Assembly (NCBI GenBank): GCA_951406725.2
Contig: CATOCA020000028.1
Location: 1 to 50,000 of the forward strand
Length of the DNA stretch: 50,000 bases
Source of the DNA: Octopus vulgaris
Lineage: Eukaryota
Reading direction: 5' to 3'
Under the pieces are notes generated by a model. The model had not been told where the DNA came from. It was given only the letters and a program-made list of their open reading frames with translations, and searched no databases. Below, piece by piece: positions 11,733 to 23,326 of the stretch. Each line of letters starts with the position of its first letter. Within the stretch, counting starts at the first letter, position 1. A program made the position numbers and the translations under genes.

Positions 11733-12120
11733 GGAGGCGCAATGGCCCAGTGGTTAGGGCAGTGGACTCGCGGTCATAGGATCGCGGTTTCGATTCCCAG
11801 ACCGGGCGTTGTGAGTGTTTATTGAGCGAAAACACCTAAAGCTCCACGAGTCTCCGGCAGGGGATGGTGGTGATCCCTGATGTACTCTTTCACCACAACT
11901 TTCTCTCACTCTTACTTCCTGTTTCTGTTGTACCTGTATTTCGAAGGGCCGGCCTTGTCACTCTCTGTGTCATGCTGAATATCCCCGAGAACTACGTTAA
12001 GGGTACACGTGTCTGTGGAGTGCTCAGCACTTACACGTTAATTTCACGAGCAGGCTGTTCCGTTGATTCGGATCAGCCGGAACCCTCGTCGTCGTAACCG
12101 ACGGAGTGCTTCCATTCCAT
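11733..12120 (+). mobile_element. SINE family 3
   Basis: Near-identical to 6902-7285, with a TTCCA tail. Confidence 0.9.
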
Positions 12121-12134
12121 ATCTATATAAGATA

Positions 12135-12293
12135 GGATTTTTTCAGTCTCTGACTATCAAATCCACTCACAAGGCTTTGGTCGGCCCGAGGCTATAGTAG
12201 AAGACACTTGCCCAAGGTGCCACGCAGTGGGACTGAACCCAGAACCATGTGTTTGGGAAGTAAGCTTCTTACCACTCAGCAACATCTGCACCT
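12135..12293 (-). mobile_element. SINE family 1, 5' half (diverged)
   Basis: Contains AGACACTTGCCCAAGGTGCCACGCAGTGGGACTGAACCC. Confidence 0.75.
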
Positions 12294-12488
12294 AAATGAA
12301 TTTATACAGGACATGGTAAACTAATCTGGCACCTTAAACACTCTAACAAACTTTTTTCTTTAGATAGGAAAACTTTATCTAGATCATTCCCCTATGATAA
12401 AGGGATGCTGACATACATATTAATGCACTTTCACACAATGCATAGGGAACGAATTTGAGTAACTGCTAACGTAATTCACCTTAAGGTA

Positions 12489-12709
12489 TACTCTTTACTC
12501 TTTTACTTGTTTCAGTCAGTTGACTGCGGCCATGCTGGAACACCGCCTTTAGTCGAGCAAATCGACACCGGGACTTATTCTTTGTAAGCCCAGTACTTAT
12601 TCTATCGTTTTCTTCTGCCGAACCGCTAAGTGACGGGGACATAAACACACCAGCATCGGTTGTCAAGCAATGCTAGGGGGACAAACACAGACACACAAAC
12701 ATACACGCA

Positions 12710-12747
<38 letters not shown>

Positions 12748-12908
12748 TACGACGGGCTTCTTTCCGTTTCCGTCTACCAAATCCACTCACAAGGTTTTGG
12801 TCGGCCCGATGCTATAGTAGAAGACACTTGCCCAAGGTGCCATGCAGTGGGACTGAACCCGGAACCATGTGGCTGGTAAACAAGCTACTTACCACACAGC
12901 CACTCCTG
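12489..12908 (-). mobile_element. SINE family 1
   Basis: Full-length reverse-complement match to 15-418. Confidence 0.85.
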
Positions 12909-13279
12909 TTATTTTATTAATGATCTATATAAATGAGAGTTATATGCTTCAATTTGCTGCTTTTCTTTACAGTAAAAGAGAAGATACATGCGGGATTGTT
13001 ATTTTAACGAGTTATATATATTTATCACCCGTGGAGCCACATCTGCACCACTGGATGCTCCGGAACTAGTCGTTAAGTATCCCACCTATGAGGGATCGAT
13101 GCTAATCGCATCGAAACAATTGTAGTCTTTCTTAAAAATTCTCGTATCTTACACCCCGCGACTCTGACTAACCAAATATATACGCATGTATGTATGTATG
13201 TGTGTGTGTGTTTGCGTGCATGGGCGTGTGGGTGCGTGGGTGCTTGTGTGTGTGTGTTTGTGTGTTTCTCTGTGTATAG

Positions 13280-13550
13280 ACACTGAATACTTGACAGACA
13301 CTGACTTTGCTGACGACATCGCTCTTATCAGTGATTCCCTCTCCAATGCCCAGTCTCTTTTACAATCTGTCGAACAAGCCTCAATTTGTGTAGGTCTTTA
13401 CCTCAATGAGGCCAAGACTGAATATATAAACAAGTGTCTGTCCAACAATGATTGCATCATCCATACTCTCAACAATGCGCCCTTAAATATGGTTTCTGAT
13501 TACAAATATCTTGGGTCATACATATCATCATCTGGAAAAGATTTTCGGAT
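13280..13550 (+). pseudogene. Non-LTR retrotransposon RT fragment (RTE-like)
   Basis: Translation LTDTDFADDIALIS...VGLYLNEAKTEY...DYKYLGSYI corresponds to RT domains 5-7. Confidence 0.8.
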
Positions 13551-14458
13551 CTTTTCTTTTTGAAAGCCAGATTTTCCTAGTTAACTAAACAATTTGAAAC
13601 TTCGTATACTGGTAGAATGTGTCAAAAGAAAACATAATTGTAAACCAAAATGAAAACGGAATTGTAATTTCTAAGTTTAACGTTGTTTAAAAATTCGAAT
13701 TTTAACCAATGGTATTCTTTCTTTCGGCCTCATATTATTTACTGCCTCTCAAAATATTGTTACTGTGACGTAAACAGCTATTTTGTGACGTAGTTAACGT
13801 AAACATGTAAATAGCTAACTAAAATGTAGACATCTCCGCTTATCATAAACTTCGTGGAGTATATATAAAATTTGTGTAGATCCTAAATAGCTACACACAC
13901 ATGTATACAAACATATGCATATATATATATATACACCTATACACACATATTCTAATGCATATGCATATATGTGTATATATTTATAATGTGTGTGTATTAT
14001 AGATGCATACATTATATATATATATAAAAGATGTTTACATACAATATATATATGTTATATACATCTACATGTATATGTATGTATGAATATATAAGTACCA
14101 CAGAATTTGGATCAAACTGTTCTGATCCATACATACACACACACACACACACACACACACCAACACTACCATCCATGAGACATCCTAACATAATCAATGC
14201 TACTACTACTATCATCATCATTATCATCATCATCCACTGCCGCCACCACCACCACCACCACCTCTACAAAAACACCAACACTATAATTGCTGCCATCATA
14301 CACATCCACTGTCACCACCACCACCACTGCCATGATAACCACATCTACCACAGCTGTTTGCTTACTGCTTACCCACTCACAAAATAGCTATCTACGTCAC
14401 ATTAACACTATGCAGCTAATAATTTCAAATGAAAACAGAAAATATGATTGGTTAAGGA

Positions 14459-14560
14459 TAGAATAAGTACTGGGCTTACAAAAAGAATAAGTCCCGGGGT
14501 CGAGTTGCCCGATTAAAGGCGATGCTCCAGCATGGCCGCGGTCAAGAGTAACATTAAAAG
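14459..14560 (+). mobile_element. SINE family 1, 3' fragment
   Basis: AGAATAAGTACTGGGCTTACAAA...GCTCCAGCATGGCCGC matches 303-381. Confidence 0.7.
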
Positions 14561-14922
14561 TAAAATATGTTTTATACGACACATTAGGGTTAGGGTCCGA
14601 AGGTTGAAAGTGTTTAGTTACAAAAAATATATTTCTCGATCTGCCGTTGAAAGGGTAAAGATCCCTTATATTATTTATTTAAACCCTTTACAAACTAGAA
14701 GGGTTATGGGTCAAGAGGAAAATACATCAATCAAATGTTGGGAAGGCCATCGGTTGAATAAAACAGCATTGTTCCTCAACAGAACAATAAGGCTCTATAG
14801 TTAGGGGGAAATTTACCCATTCAGTTTCAAAACTCAGGTGGAGCCAAAAGAGATCTCTACACATACATACGTATACACACACACACACACATACATACAT
14901 ACATATATCCAGACAACTTCAG

Positions 14923-14961
<39 letters not shown>

Positions 14962-15914
14962 GCTTGGATCGCTTTCAATGCCACTACGTCCCGTCCGATT
15001 CGCTCCAAAATTTACAGGGACATGTAGAAATAGGTGACGAAGCTCGTGGGCTACCTTAGAAATCCCTATCTTAAAAGGTGTGGTTCCTAGGGGCCATCTT
15101 CCTCACTCACGCTATTTCCTCCAGTACCCTCTCACTCCCCTTCATGTATAACTTTGATAATTCTACTACTATTTAAAATATCTCTCACTCTCGCTATTTC
15201 CTCTCTTTTTCACTCACTCTGTTTCTCACCTTCCCATTACATCGGCGTTCTTTTACGTATCTGTCTGTCACCAACAACACACGAGCATGAGAACAAATAT
15301 TATGAATCAGATATTCTTGCGTTCATTTATATGTATGTGTGTGCGTGTGTGTTCTATATATAAATATGTATATATAATGTATGTGTGTGTGTGTGTGTGT
15401 TCTATATATAAATATGTATATATAATGTATATATACAAAGTGTGTATATCTGTATTTATGTATATTAAACTTTTTCATAGTTATATATATTTTTAAACAA
15501 AGATAAATATAATTTAATAATTTTTATTTTCAATTTAATTTAGATTTATCAATTTTATATTTTCTATATTGTATTTTTTTAAATGTTTTTGTTTTTTCAC
15601 TGTTTGATTTGCCTAAAATTTCCATTTTTCACTTTTATGATTATACCCAGAGTGCTCTAATCGAATATGAACTGTCTTCCCATTGGCGGACGTTTGTCTT
15701 TTTTATTTTTGAAACAAACACATTGCCGCTTTCGTTTTAAAACAATACTACCTTAATACATTGGTCCAACAAACAAAACATCACCCACTCTCATTCTTTT
15801 ATGTATCTGAGAATGTGTGTGTGTCTGTTTCCCTATAACTTGAGAACTACTCAACCAATTTCATTCAAATTTTACACATGCCTTCCTTAGGGTATAAGGA
15901 GTGTGATGAGCAGG

Positions 15915-16746
15915 GCTCTGGGCGCCATTGGGCTCACTGTCCACGGCTACGAGACCACAGTGAGCGCTACGGCGACCAGAGCTCGCTCTGGGCGCCGTTG
16001 GGCTCACTGTCCACGGCTACGAGACCACAGTGAGCGCTACGGCGACCAGAGCTCGCTCTGGGCGCCGTTGGGCTCACTGTCCACGGCTACGAGACCACAG
16101 TGAGCGCTACGGCGACCAGAGCTCGCTCTGGGCGCCGTTGGGCTCACTGTCCACGGCTACGAGACCACAGTGAGCGCTACGGCGACCAGAGCTCGCTCTG
16201 GGCGCCGTTGGGCTCACTGTCCACGGCTACGAGACCACAGTGAGCGCTACGGCGACCAGAGCTCGCTCTGGGCGCCGTTGGGCTCACTGTCCACGGCTAC
16301 GAGACCACAGTGAGCGCTACGGCGACCAGAGCTCGCTCTGGGCGCCGTTGGGCTCACTGTCCACGGCTACGAGACCACAGTGAGCGCTACGGCGACCAGA
16401 GCTCGCTCTGGGCGCCGTTGGGCTCACTGTCCACGGCTACGAGACCACAGTGAGCGCTACGGCGACCAGAGCTCGCTCTGGGCGCCGTTGGGCTCACTGT
16501 CCACGGCTACGAGACCACAGTGAGCGCTACGGCGACCAGAGCTCGCTCTGGGCGCCGCTGGGCTCACTGTCCACGGCTACGAGACCACAGTGAGCGCTAC
16601 GGCGACCAGAGCTCGCTCTGGGCGCCGTTGGGCTCACTGTCCACGGCTACGAGACCACAGTGAGCGCTACGGCGACCAGAGCTGCTCTGGGCGCCGTTGG
16701 GCTCACTGTCCACGGCTACGAGACCACAGTGAGCGCTACGGCTCTG
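15915..16746. repeat. GC-rich 70-bp tandem repeat, ~12 near-identical units, each a long imperfect hairpin
   Basis: Unit GCTCGCTCTGGGCGCCGTTGGGCTCACTGTCCACGGCTACGAGACCACAGTGAGCGCTACGGCGACCAGA. Confidence 0.95.
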
Positions 16747-16767
16747 GTCTTACCACTATAAGCAGGT

Positions 16768-18872
16768 GGCTCGGCTCGGCTCGGCTCGGCTCGGCTCGGC
16801 TCGGCTCGGCTCGGCTCGGCTCGGCTCGGCTCGGCTCGGCTCGGCTCGGCTCGGCTCGGCTCGGCTCGGCTCGGCTCGGCTCGGCTCGGCTCGGCTCGGC
16901 TCGGCTCGGCTCGGCTCGGCCCGGCCTCGGCTCGGCTCGGCTCGGCTCGGCTCGGCCGGCTCGGCTCGGCTCGGCTCGGCTCGGCTCGGCTCGGCCCGGC
17001 TCGGCTCGGCTCCGCTCGGCTCGCTCGGCTCGGCTCGGCTCGCCCGGCCCGGCTCGGCTCGGCTCGGCCGGCCGGCTCGGCTCGTCTCGCTCGGCCTCGT
17101 CTCGGCTCGGCTCGGCTCGGCTCGGCTCGGCTCGCCCGCCCGCGTCTCGGCCCGGCTCCGGCCCGCCCGGCTCGGCTCGCTCGGCTCGGCCGCTGCGCCT
17201 GCTCGGCTCGGTCTCGGCTCGGCCCGGCTCGGCCTCGGCCCGCCTCGGCCCGGCCGGCCCGCCCGGCCTCGGCTCGCTCGGCTCGCCCGCCTCGGCCTGC
17301 CTCGGCTCGGCTCGGCCCGCCTGCCCGCCCGCCCGGCTCGGCTCGGCTCGCCTCGCCTCGGCTCGCCTGCCTGCCTGCCTGCCTGCCTGCGCCCGGCCCG
17401 GCTCGGCTCGGCTCGGCTCGGCTCGTCTCGGCCCGGCCCGCCCGGCTCCGCCTCGGCTCGTCTCGGCTCGGCTCGTGCCTGCCTGCCTGGCCGCCCGCCC
17501 GGCTCGGCTCGGTCTCCGCTCTCGGCTCGGCCCGCTCGGCCCGTCTCGGCTCGGCCCGCCTCGCCTCGGCTCGCTCTGCCTGCCTGCCCGCCCGCTCGGC
17601 TCGGCTCGGCCCGGCCCGCCCCCGCCCGGCCCGGCTCGGCCCGGCCCGCCCGCCCGCCCGGCCCGTCTCGGCTCGGCTCGGCCCGGCCCGCCCGCCCGGC
17701 TCGCCTCGGCTCCGCCCGCCTCGGCTCGGCTCGGCCCGCCTGCCTGCCTGCCCGCCTCGCCCGGCCCGGGCCTGCCCGCCTGCCCGCCTCGCCTCGCCCG
17801 CCCGCCCGCCCGCCTGCCCGCCCGCCCGGGCTCGGCTCGGCTCTCGCCTGCCTGCCTGCCTGCCTGGCTCCGCCCGCCCGCCTGCCTCGCCTCGCCTCGC
17901 CTGCCTGCCTGCCTGCCCGGCTCGGCCTCCTGCCCGCCTGCCGCCCGCCTGCCTCGGGCTCGGCCCGCCCGCCCGGGCTGCCTGCCCGCCTGCCTGCCTG
18001 CGCCTGCCTGGCCCGCCTCGCCCGGCTCGCCCGCCCCGCTCTCGGCTCGGGCTCTCGCCCGCCTCGCCTGCCTCGGCTCGGCCTCGCCCCGGCTCGCTCC
18101 GGCTCCTGCCTGCCCGGCCCGGCCCGCCTCGGCTCGCCTCGGCCTGCCTGCCTCCCGGCTCGCGCCTCGGCTCGGCTCGGCCTCCTGGGCTCGGCCGCTC
18201 GGCCTCGGCCTCGGCCTCGGCCCGGCCCGGCTCGCCTCGGCTCGGCCCGCCTCGGCTCGGCCCGGCCCGGCCTCGGCCTCGGCCCGCCCGCCCGGCCCTC
18301 GGCCTCGGCTCGGCTCGGCCCGGCCCGGCCCGGCCCGGCCTCGGCTCGGCTCGGCTCGGCTCGGCTCGCTCGGCTCGGCTCGGCCCGTCTCGGCCCGGCT
18401 CGCTCGGCTCGGCTCGGCTCGGCTCGCCGCCCGGCCCGGCCCGGCCCGGCCCGGCTCGGCCCGGCCTCGGCTCGCGGCCCGGCCCGGCCCGGCTCGGCTC
18501 GGCTCGGCTCGGCCCGGCCCGGCCCGGCCTCGGCTCGCCGGCCCGGCCCGGCCGCCCTCGGCTCGGCCCGGCCCGGCCCGGCTCGGCTCGGCTCGGCCCG
18601 GCCCGGCTCGGCCTCGGCTCGGCTCGGCTCGGCTCGGCCCGGCCCGCCCCGGCTCGGCTCGGCTCGGCTCGGCTCGGCTCGGCTCGGCTCGGCTCGGCTC
18701 GGCTCGGCTGCCGGCCTCGGCTCGGCTCGGCTCGGCTCGGCTCGGCTCGGCTCGGCTCGGCTCGGCTCGGCTCGGCTCGGCTCGGCTCGGCTCGGCTCGG
18801 CTCGGCTCGGCTCGGCTCGGCTCGGCTTGGCTTGGCTCGGCTTGGCTTGGCTTGGCTTGGCTTGGCTTGGCT
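16768..18872 (+). repeat. (GGCTC)n pentanucleotide tract, degenerate in the middle, ending in (GGCTT)n
   Basis: Direct reading of the sequence. No A seen on the plus strand across ~2.1 kb. Confidence 0.95.
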
Positions 18873-19742
18873 TCTGAAGGAGAGGAAGAATTTTAATTAC
18901 ATAGAGAACTATAGCGTGAAGGCAGCATATAAAAAAAAAAACAACCCTTCATCAGTTGTTGGCAGTTGTACTTACTCCGCATTGCAACAAGATGGGTCTT
19001 CGTTAAAGCAATTGCTCCCCCAAAACAAATTAGATAAAATTTGACATACGTGGAACGTCATAGCTGCTAACAAAATCAGGACAGTCAAAATTTTCGCTAA
19101 GGGCTGTTTAACCCTAACGAGGTGACATGGTGAACGCTGCAGAAAGAAAGCTTTGTCAAGAGACAGACGGGAATGCATGAACGAAAAGAAAAAGAATTAC
19201 ATTTAGAAATAGATCTATAGTTATTGAGGACAGATTTTCTGTTAGAAATAGAGAACTATAAATATTGAATTATGCATAAAGCGCTGACTTACATTCGGGG
19301 CTTCCAATTTCTCTGTAAAATATAAGATTGTCGCAAAATCATCGCACATGTCACCATCGATTACAAATGCCGGTGGAAGATAAACGTTCCAGAGGACATT
19401 CTTGTTCTTTCGTTCGTACAAGGATCGTATTATGTTTCGGCTTAAAATAAATTATAGATACAAATATAATGTATAGAAATATATAAAAACCAGAATAGAA
19501 AATAGACGTCTTAGGCATACAAAATGAGATAACATGAGATATCAAGGTGTTACAAACTTGAAACTTACTAGAATATCATAGATTATATATATCAAGTCAT
19601 CCAGTCAGTTCTGTCCAATTTTACCTGTTTTTTAGATTTGAATGAAATTTAATAGTATTTGCAAATGTCTAATTCAATTAAAAATTATTTTTATGCATTT
19701 GTGTACGTTTAAACTAATTCAATATTGTTTTACATAATAATA

Positions 19743-21069
19743 GACGGTGTCCACAAAGACTGCGTACATGGGAATTAACACATACTTTTAAAACAAAACA
19801 ATTTTATTTAATTATAATGTTAATAAATAATATTTTCAAAGTGATTTCCATCATTTTCAATGCATAACTTGATGCGCCTTGCAAAATTCAGGTGAACTTG
19901 ATTAAATAAGTCTACATTGCCATCAATTTAAGCACACTGACTGGTAATGCGTTCTCTCGTGTGTTTTAAATCTGTAATCTTTATTGAGTAAACTTTCTCT
20001 TTCAACATACCCCAGAAAAAGAAATCAAGGGGAGAAAGGTCTGGTGAACGAGGGGACCATTCCATATGACCCCTTCTTCCAATCTAGTGAGGAGGAAAAG
20101 TGTCATTAAATCAATCTCTAACAGTTGTGGCAAAATGGGTAGGGGCCCCATCCTGCTGAAACCAATTCGGAAGGCCCTCACCTAGGCGCTCAATTTAAGA
20201 TATTAATTTGTCTCTCAATATATTTGCATAAGTCTCATCCGTTACATGTTCAATGAAGAAGGGTCCTAGAACATGAGCTTTCCAAAAACCACACCACACC
20301 ATCACCTTTTTGCTGTCTTGCTGTTTGGATAGATCCATCCAATGTGGATTACCTCGAGACCAGTATAGAAGATTCTGTCTGTTGACCTCACCATTTACAT
20401 AAAACGTAGCTTTGTCACTGAACAACACAAAGTTTTTCGTAAAATTGATATTTTCATCCAATTTATCTGAAAACCATTCGCACGTCTACATTCATCTATC
20501 ATGATCGTCTTCATTTAAGTGATGCAATATCTGTAGTTGTATCGATGAAACTTTTCCTCAACCAGCATTTTGTGGATGGTTGGTTTGGGAACACCTAACA
20601 CCGTAGATGTCCGACGAAGTGATTTTTTGGGGCTAGCTAGCAGAAACTTTAGCCTCGACAGCCTCTTTAGTTTCATCTGAAGTCTTTGGTCGCCCGGAAC
20701 GGGTTTATCCGAAACACTGCCTGTGTCTTTAAATGTCTTGATCAATTTTCTGACGGCAGTAAAATAAATAGGTTGCCTACAAGGGTGTGGAAGATTAAAT
20801 TCTTCCGCAATTTTGCGATAAGACCATCCCTCTCGTCCACTTAATAATACTAACTCGATTCTTTCTTCTTTAGACAGATTCATCATTCGATCTGGGATTC
20901 TTTCTTCTTTAGACAGAGCCATCATTCAATCATCTGTAGAAAAAATAACAAATAAATTTAGAAAAGTAAAGTATTTTTTTTATTTAATTTAAACAAAAGT
21001 AAAAAAGGAAAATTATTATTTCTTATGTTATGATTTTATTCCATAAACCCAGACTTCGTGGACACCCTA
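19743..21069 (-). mobile_element. Nested Tc1/mariner-superfamily element (maT/DD37D-like), frameshifted transposase
   Basis: TIRs GGTGTCCACAAAGACTGCGTACATGG / CCATAAACCCAGACTTCGTGGACACC. Motifs LFSDxATFYVNGEVNRQN, KVMVWCG, FQQDGAP and WSPRSPDLSPLDFFFWG. N-terminal HTH in ORF 20515-20925. Confidence 0.8.
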
Positions 21070-21098
21070 AAATTGCTTTGATTAAAACCCCTTTCAAC

Positions 21099-22073
21099 AT
21101 GGAAGTATCCAAGGAGCATTTAAGGCACATATAATTCTTTATGAGTACAATAAAGGTAACTCTGCTGCCGAAGTGACTCGAAACATACACTCAGTTTATG
21201 GCAAAGTGCTCGAATGAAAGAACTTGCAGGAGATCGTCTGCAAAATTGAAGATGAATATCGAACAGGATGTCCAGTTGAGTTTGACAAGCTCCTTGAGGC
21301 ATTACTTGAAGAAAATCCGTCATTATCAGTTGAAGAATTGGCAATAAAGCTTACTTCAAACCATACAACAGTTCATCGTCATCTACAACAACGTGGAAAG
21401 ATTCCTAAACTTGGAAAATAGGTGCCTTATGTATTGTCCGAAAGCAACCGCAAATCCCGAGTTGGCATCTGCTCTTCTCACCATTTTTCGATAGACTTGT
21501 GATGAAAAATGGATTTTCTATCGAAATGTTAGACGTCGTAAACAGTGGCTTGGTAAAAGGGAAAATTCTCAACCACAACCGAGAAGGGAACTTCATAGTA
21601 AAAAGGTTCTACTCTCTATCTGGTGCGATTGCAAAGGCGTAATTCACTTTATATTGTTACCACCTAATGCAACAATCAATGCTCAAGTCTACTGTCAGCA
21701 ATTAGAGCGTTTGAACCAAGCTTTGAAGGAAAAAAGAGCCGCTTTAGTGAGTCGAAAACGAGTGATGTTTCATCAGGACAATGCGCAACCCTACACTGCA
21801 AAGATCACATCACAGAAGATCGAAGGGGTCGGTTTGGAAAAATTTCTTCATCCAACTTATTCTCCCGACCTTACTCCTTCAGGATACCATTTGTTTCATA
21901 GTTTACAGAATTAGTAGGGGGATACAACTTTCGCAAGCCAGGGGGAGGTCGAACCTGACATTTCAGAGTTCTTCGCTTTGAAACCAAAAGAGTTTTACGT
22001 TGATGGGATTAAAAAGCTTGTAAATAGATGGAGGTAAGTCATAGATAATTAGGGAAAGTACATTGATGATTAA
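21099..22073 (+). pseudogene. Mariner transposase pseudogene
   Basis: MEVSKEHLRH start. TCDEKW, FHQDNAQP and HPTYSPDLTPSGYHLF motifs are spread over several frames. Confidence 0.85.
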
Positions 22074-22547
22074 CTTTCAATTAAATATAACATTTGATCA
22101 CTTGTATTATTTATCCAAAATTCAGGCAGAACTTATGGGATGACCTGAGATATATACACTGGCGAAAATATATTTAAGACAGACGATAAAAGTTCTATTT
22201 CTTACAAAATATTTTGTTACTAACACCATACAATTTATTTTTATCTTCTACACCTTATGCAAAATTTATTTCGCTTTCGAATGATGCAGACAATAACCAT
22301 TTTTATACAACTTGAAGAATTCTAATGCTAAATATAATTTTAATGGAGATAACCTGCAGTATATAGTACAACATTTTTGTCTCCGTATATGAGCTAAGTA
22401 TTAATAAAATGTGGTATACGATAAAAATTTCGGATATTTGTCTTAAAACATTCAGACAAGAAAATTCAGATGTAGCACATGAGGTATTATTCCATACGAA
22501 TATCCACATATTTATATTAAGAATTTCATGATAAAAATATAGAAATA

Positions 22548-23113
22548 TTGGGTTGTCCGGAAAGTTCTTGCAGATTTATAGTAGCTTATCTTTCGACTTA
22601 TTTTAGAACATGTTTGAGTCCATAAAATAGGATTTGACTACACCTCCATTTGGAGCACAGTTTAATCTATCTTTTCGTGGAAGAAGGTTTATGTTCCAAT
22701 AACCTGTGTTAATTCTGTAACCCTTTAAATTAAAAGATGAGAAAAATTCATTATCGGCATTTGATGCTTTGGGAACCAGACAAAAATTGCTGCAGCTTGG
22801 CTGGGGTGACTTACCCCACCCTCCATATTCACCAGATATTACTCCTTCGGATTTCCACTTATTCAGGTCTCTGCAGAATAGTCTTAATGGTGAAAATTTC
22901 AATTCCTTAGATGACGTTAAAAGATACCTTGATGAATTATTTGCCTTGAAACCACCCCAATTCTGGGAAGAGGGTATTTTTAAGGTAAATGTAAGATGGA
23001 GACGTATTGTGCAACGAAATGGTTCAGATTTGGTTCATTAAAAATGTAATGGCAAGTATTTAGTGACATGTACTTTCCTTTAAAAATCGGAACGAACTTT
23101 CCGGACAACCCAA
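22548..23113 (+). mobile_element. Internally deleted mariner (566 bp) with TA flanks
   Basis: TIRs TTGGGTTGTCCGGAAAGTTC / GAACTTTCCGGACAACCCAA. C-terminal transposase ORF 22769-23041 with HPPYSPDITPSDFHLFRSLQN. Confidence 0.9.
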
Positions 23114-23326
23114 TATAAACATGAAAAATAAAAACCTAAATTGAAAGAGGCGATTAAAATTTTTTCCTAACCTGCAGCCGTTTGTTGTTCGAAGTATTCG
23201 AAATTCAGCCCTCCTTCCTCAGGGTTCCTTTCTCGAGGTAAAATCCAGCAGAAAGCAGTAAGGCACTACATAGTGAGTATTCAAGTGGTGAAAGTTCAGT
23301 TTTTGGGTATCGATAAATAAGTTGCC

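Larger units (their letters stand above)
19592..22148 (+). mobile_element. Decayed mariner element (outer), interrupted by a nested element
   Basis: Imperfect TIRs TCAAGTCATCCAGTCAGTTCTGTCC / GGCAGAACTTATGGGATGACCTGA. About 1.23 kb after removing the nested element. Confidence 0.8.

Noticed and set aside
14584-14595. TTAGGGTTAGGG telomeric repeat
   Set aside because: Only two units, embedded in unrelated sequence.
2801-15496. Many YI/CV/HT-rich, poly-K/E/R and poly-L/S ORFs
   Set aside because: Translations of microsatellites.
15915-16746. CRISPR-like or RSS array (unit contains CACAGTG)
   Set aside because: Units are identical with no variable spacers, and no nonamer lies at 12 or 23 bp. 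The context is eukaryotic.
16590-18896. 700-770 aa ORFs (ARLGS repeats)
   Set aside because: Artefact of an adenine-free repeat that cannot contain stop codons.
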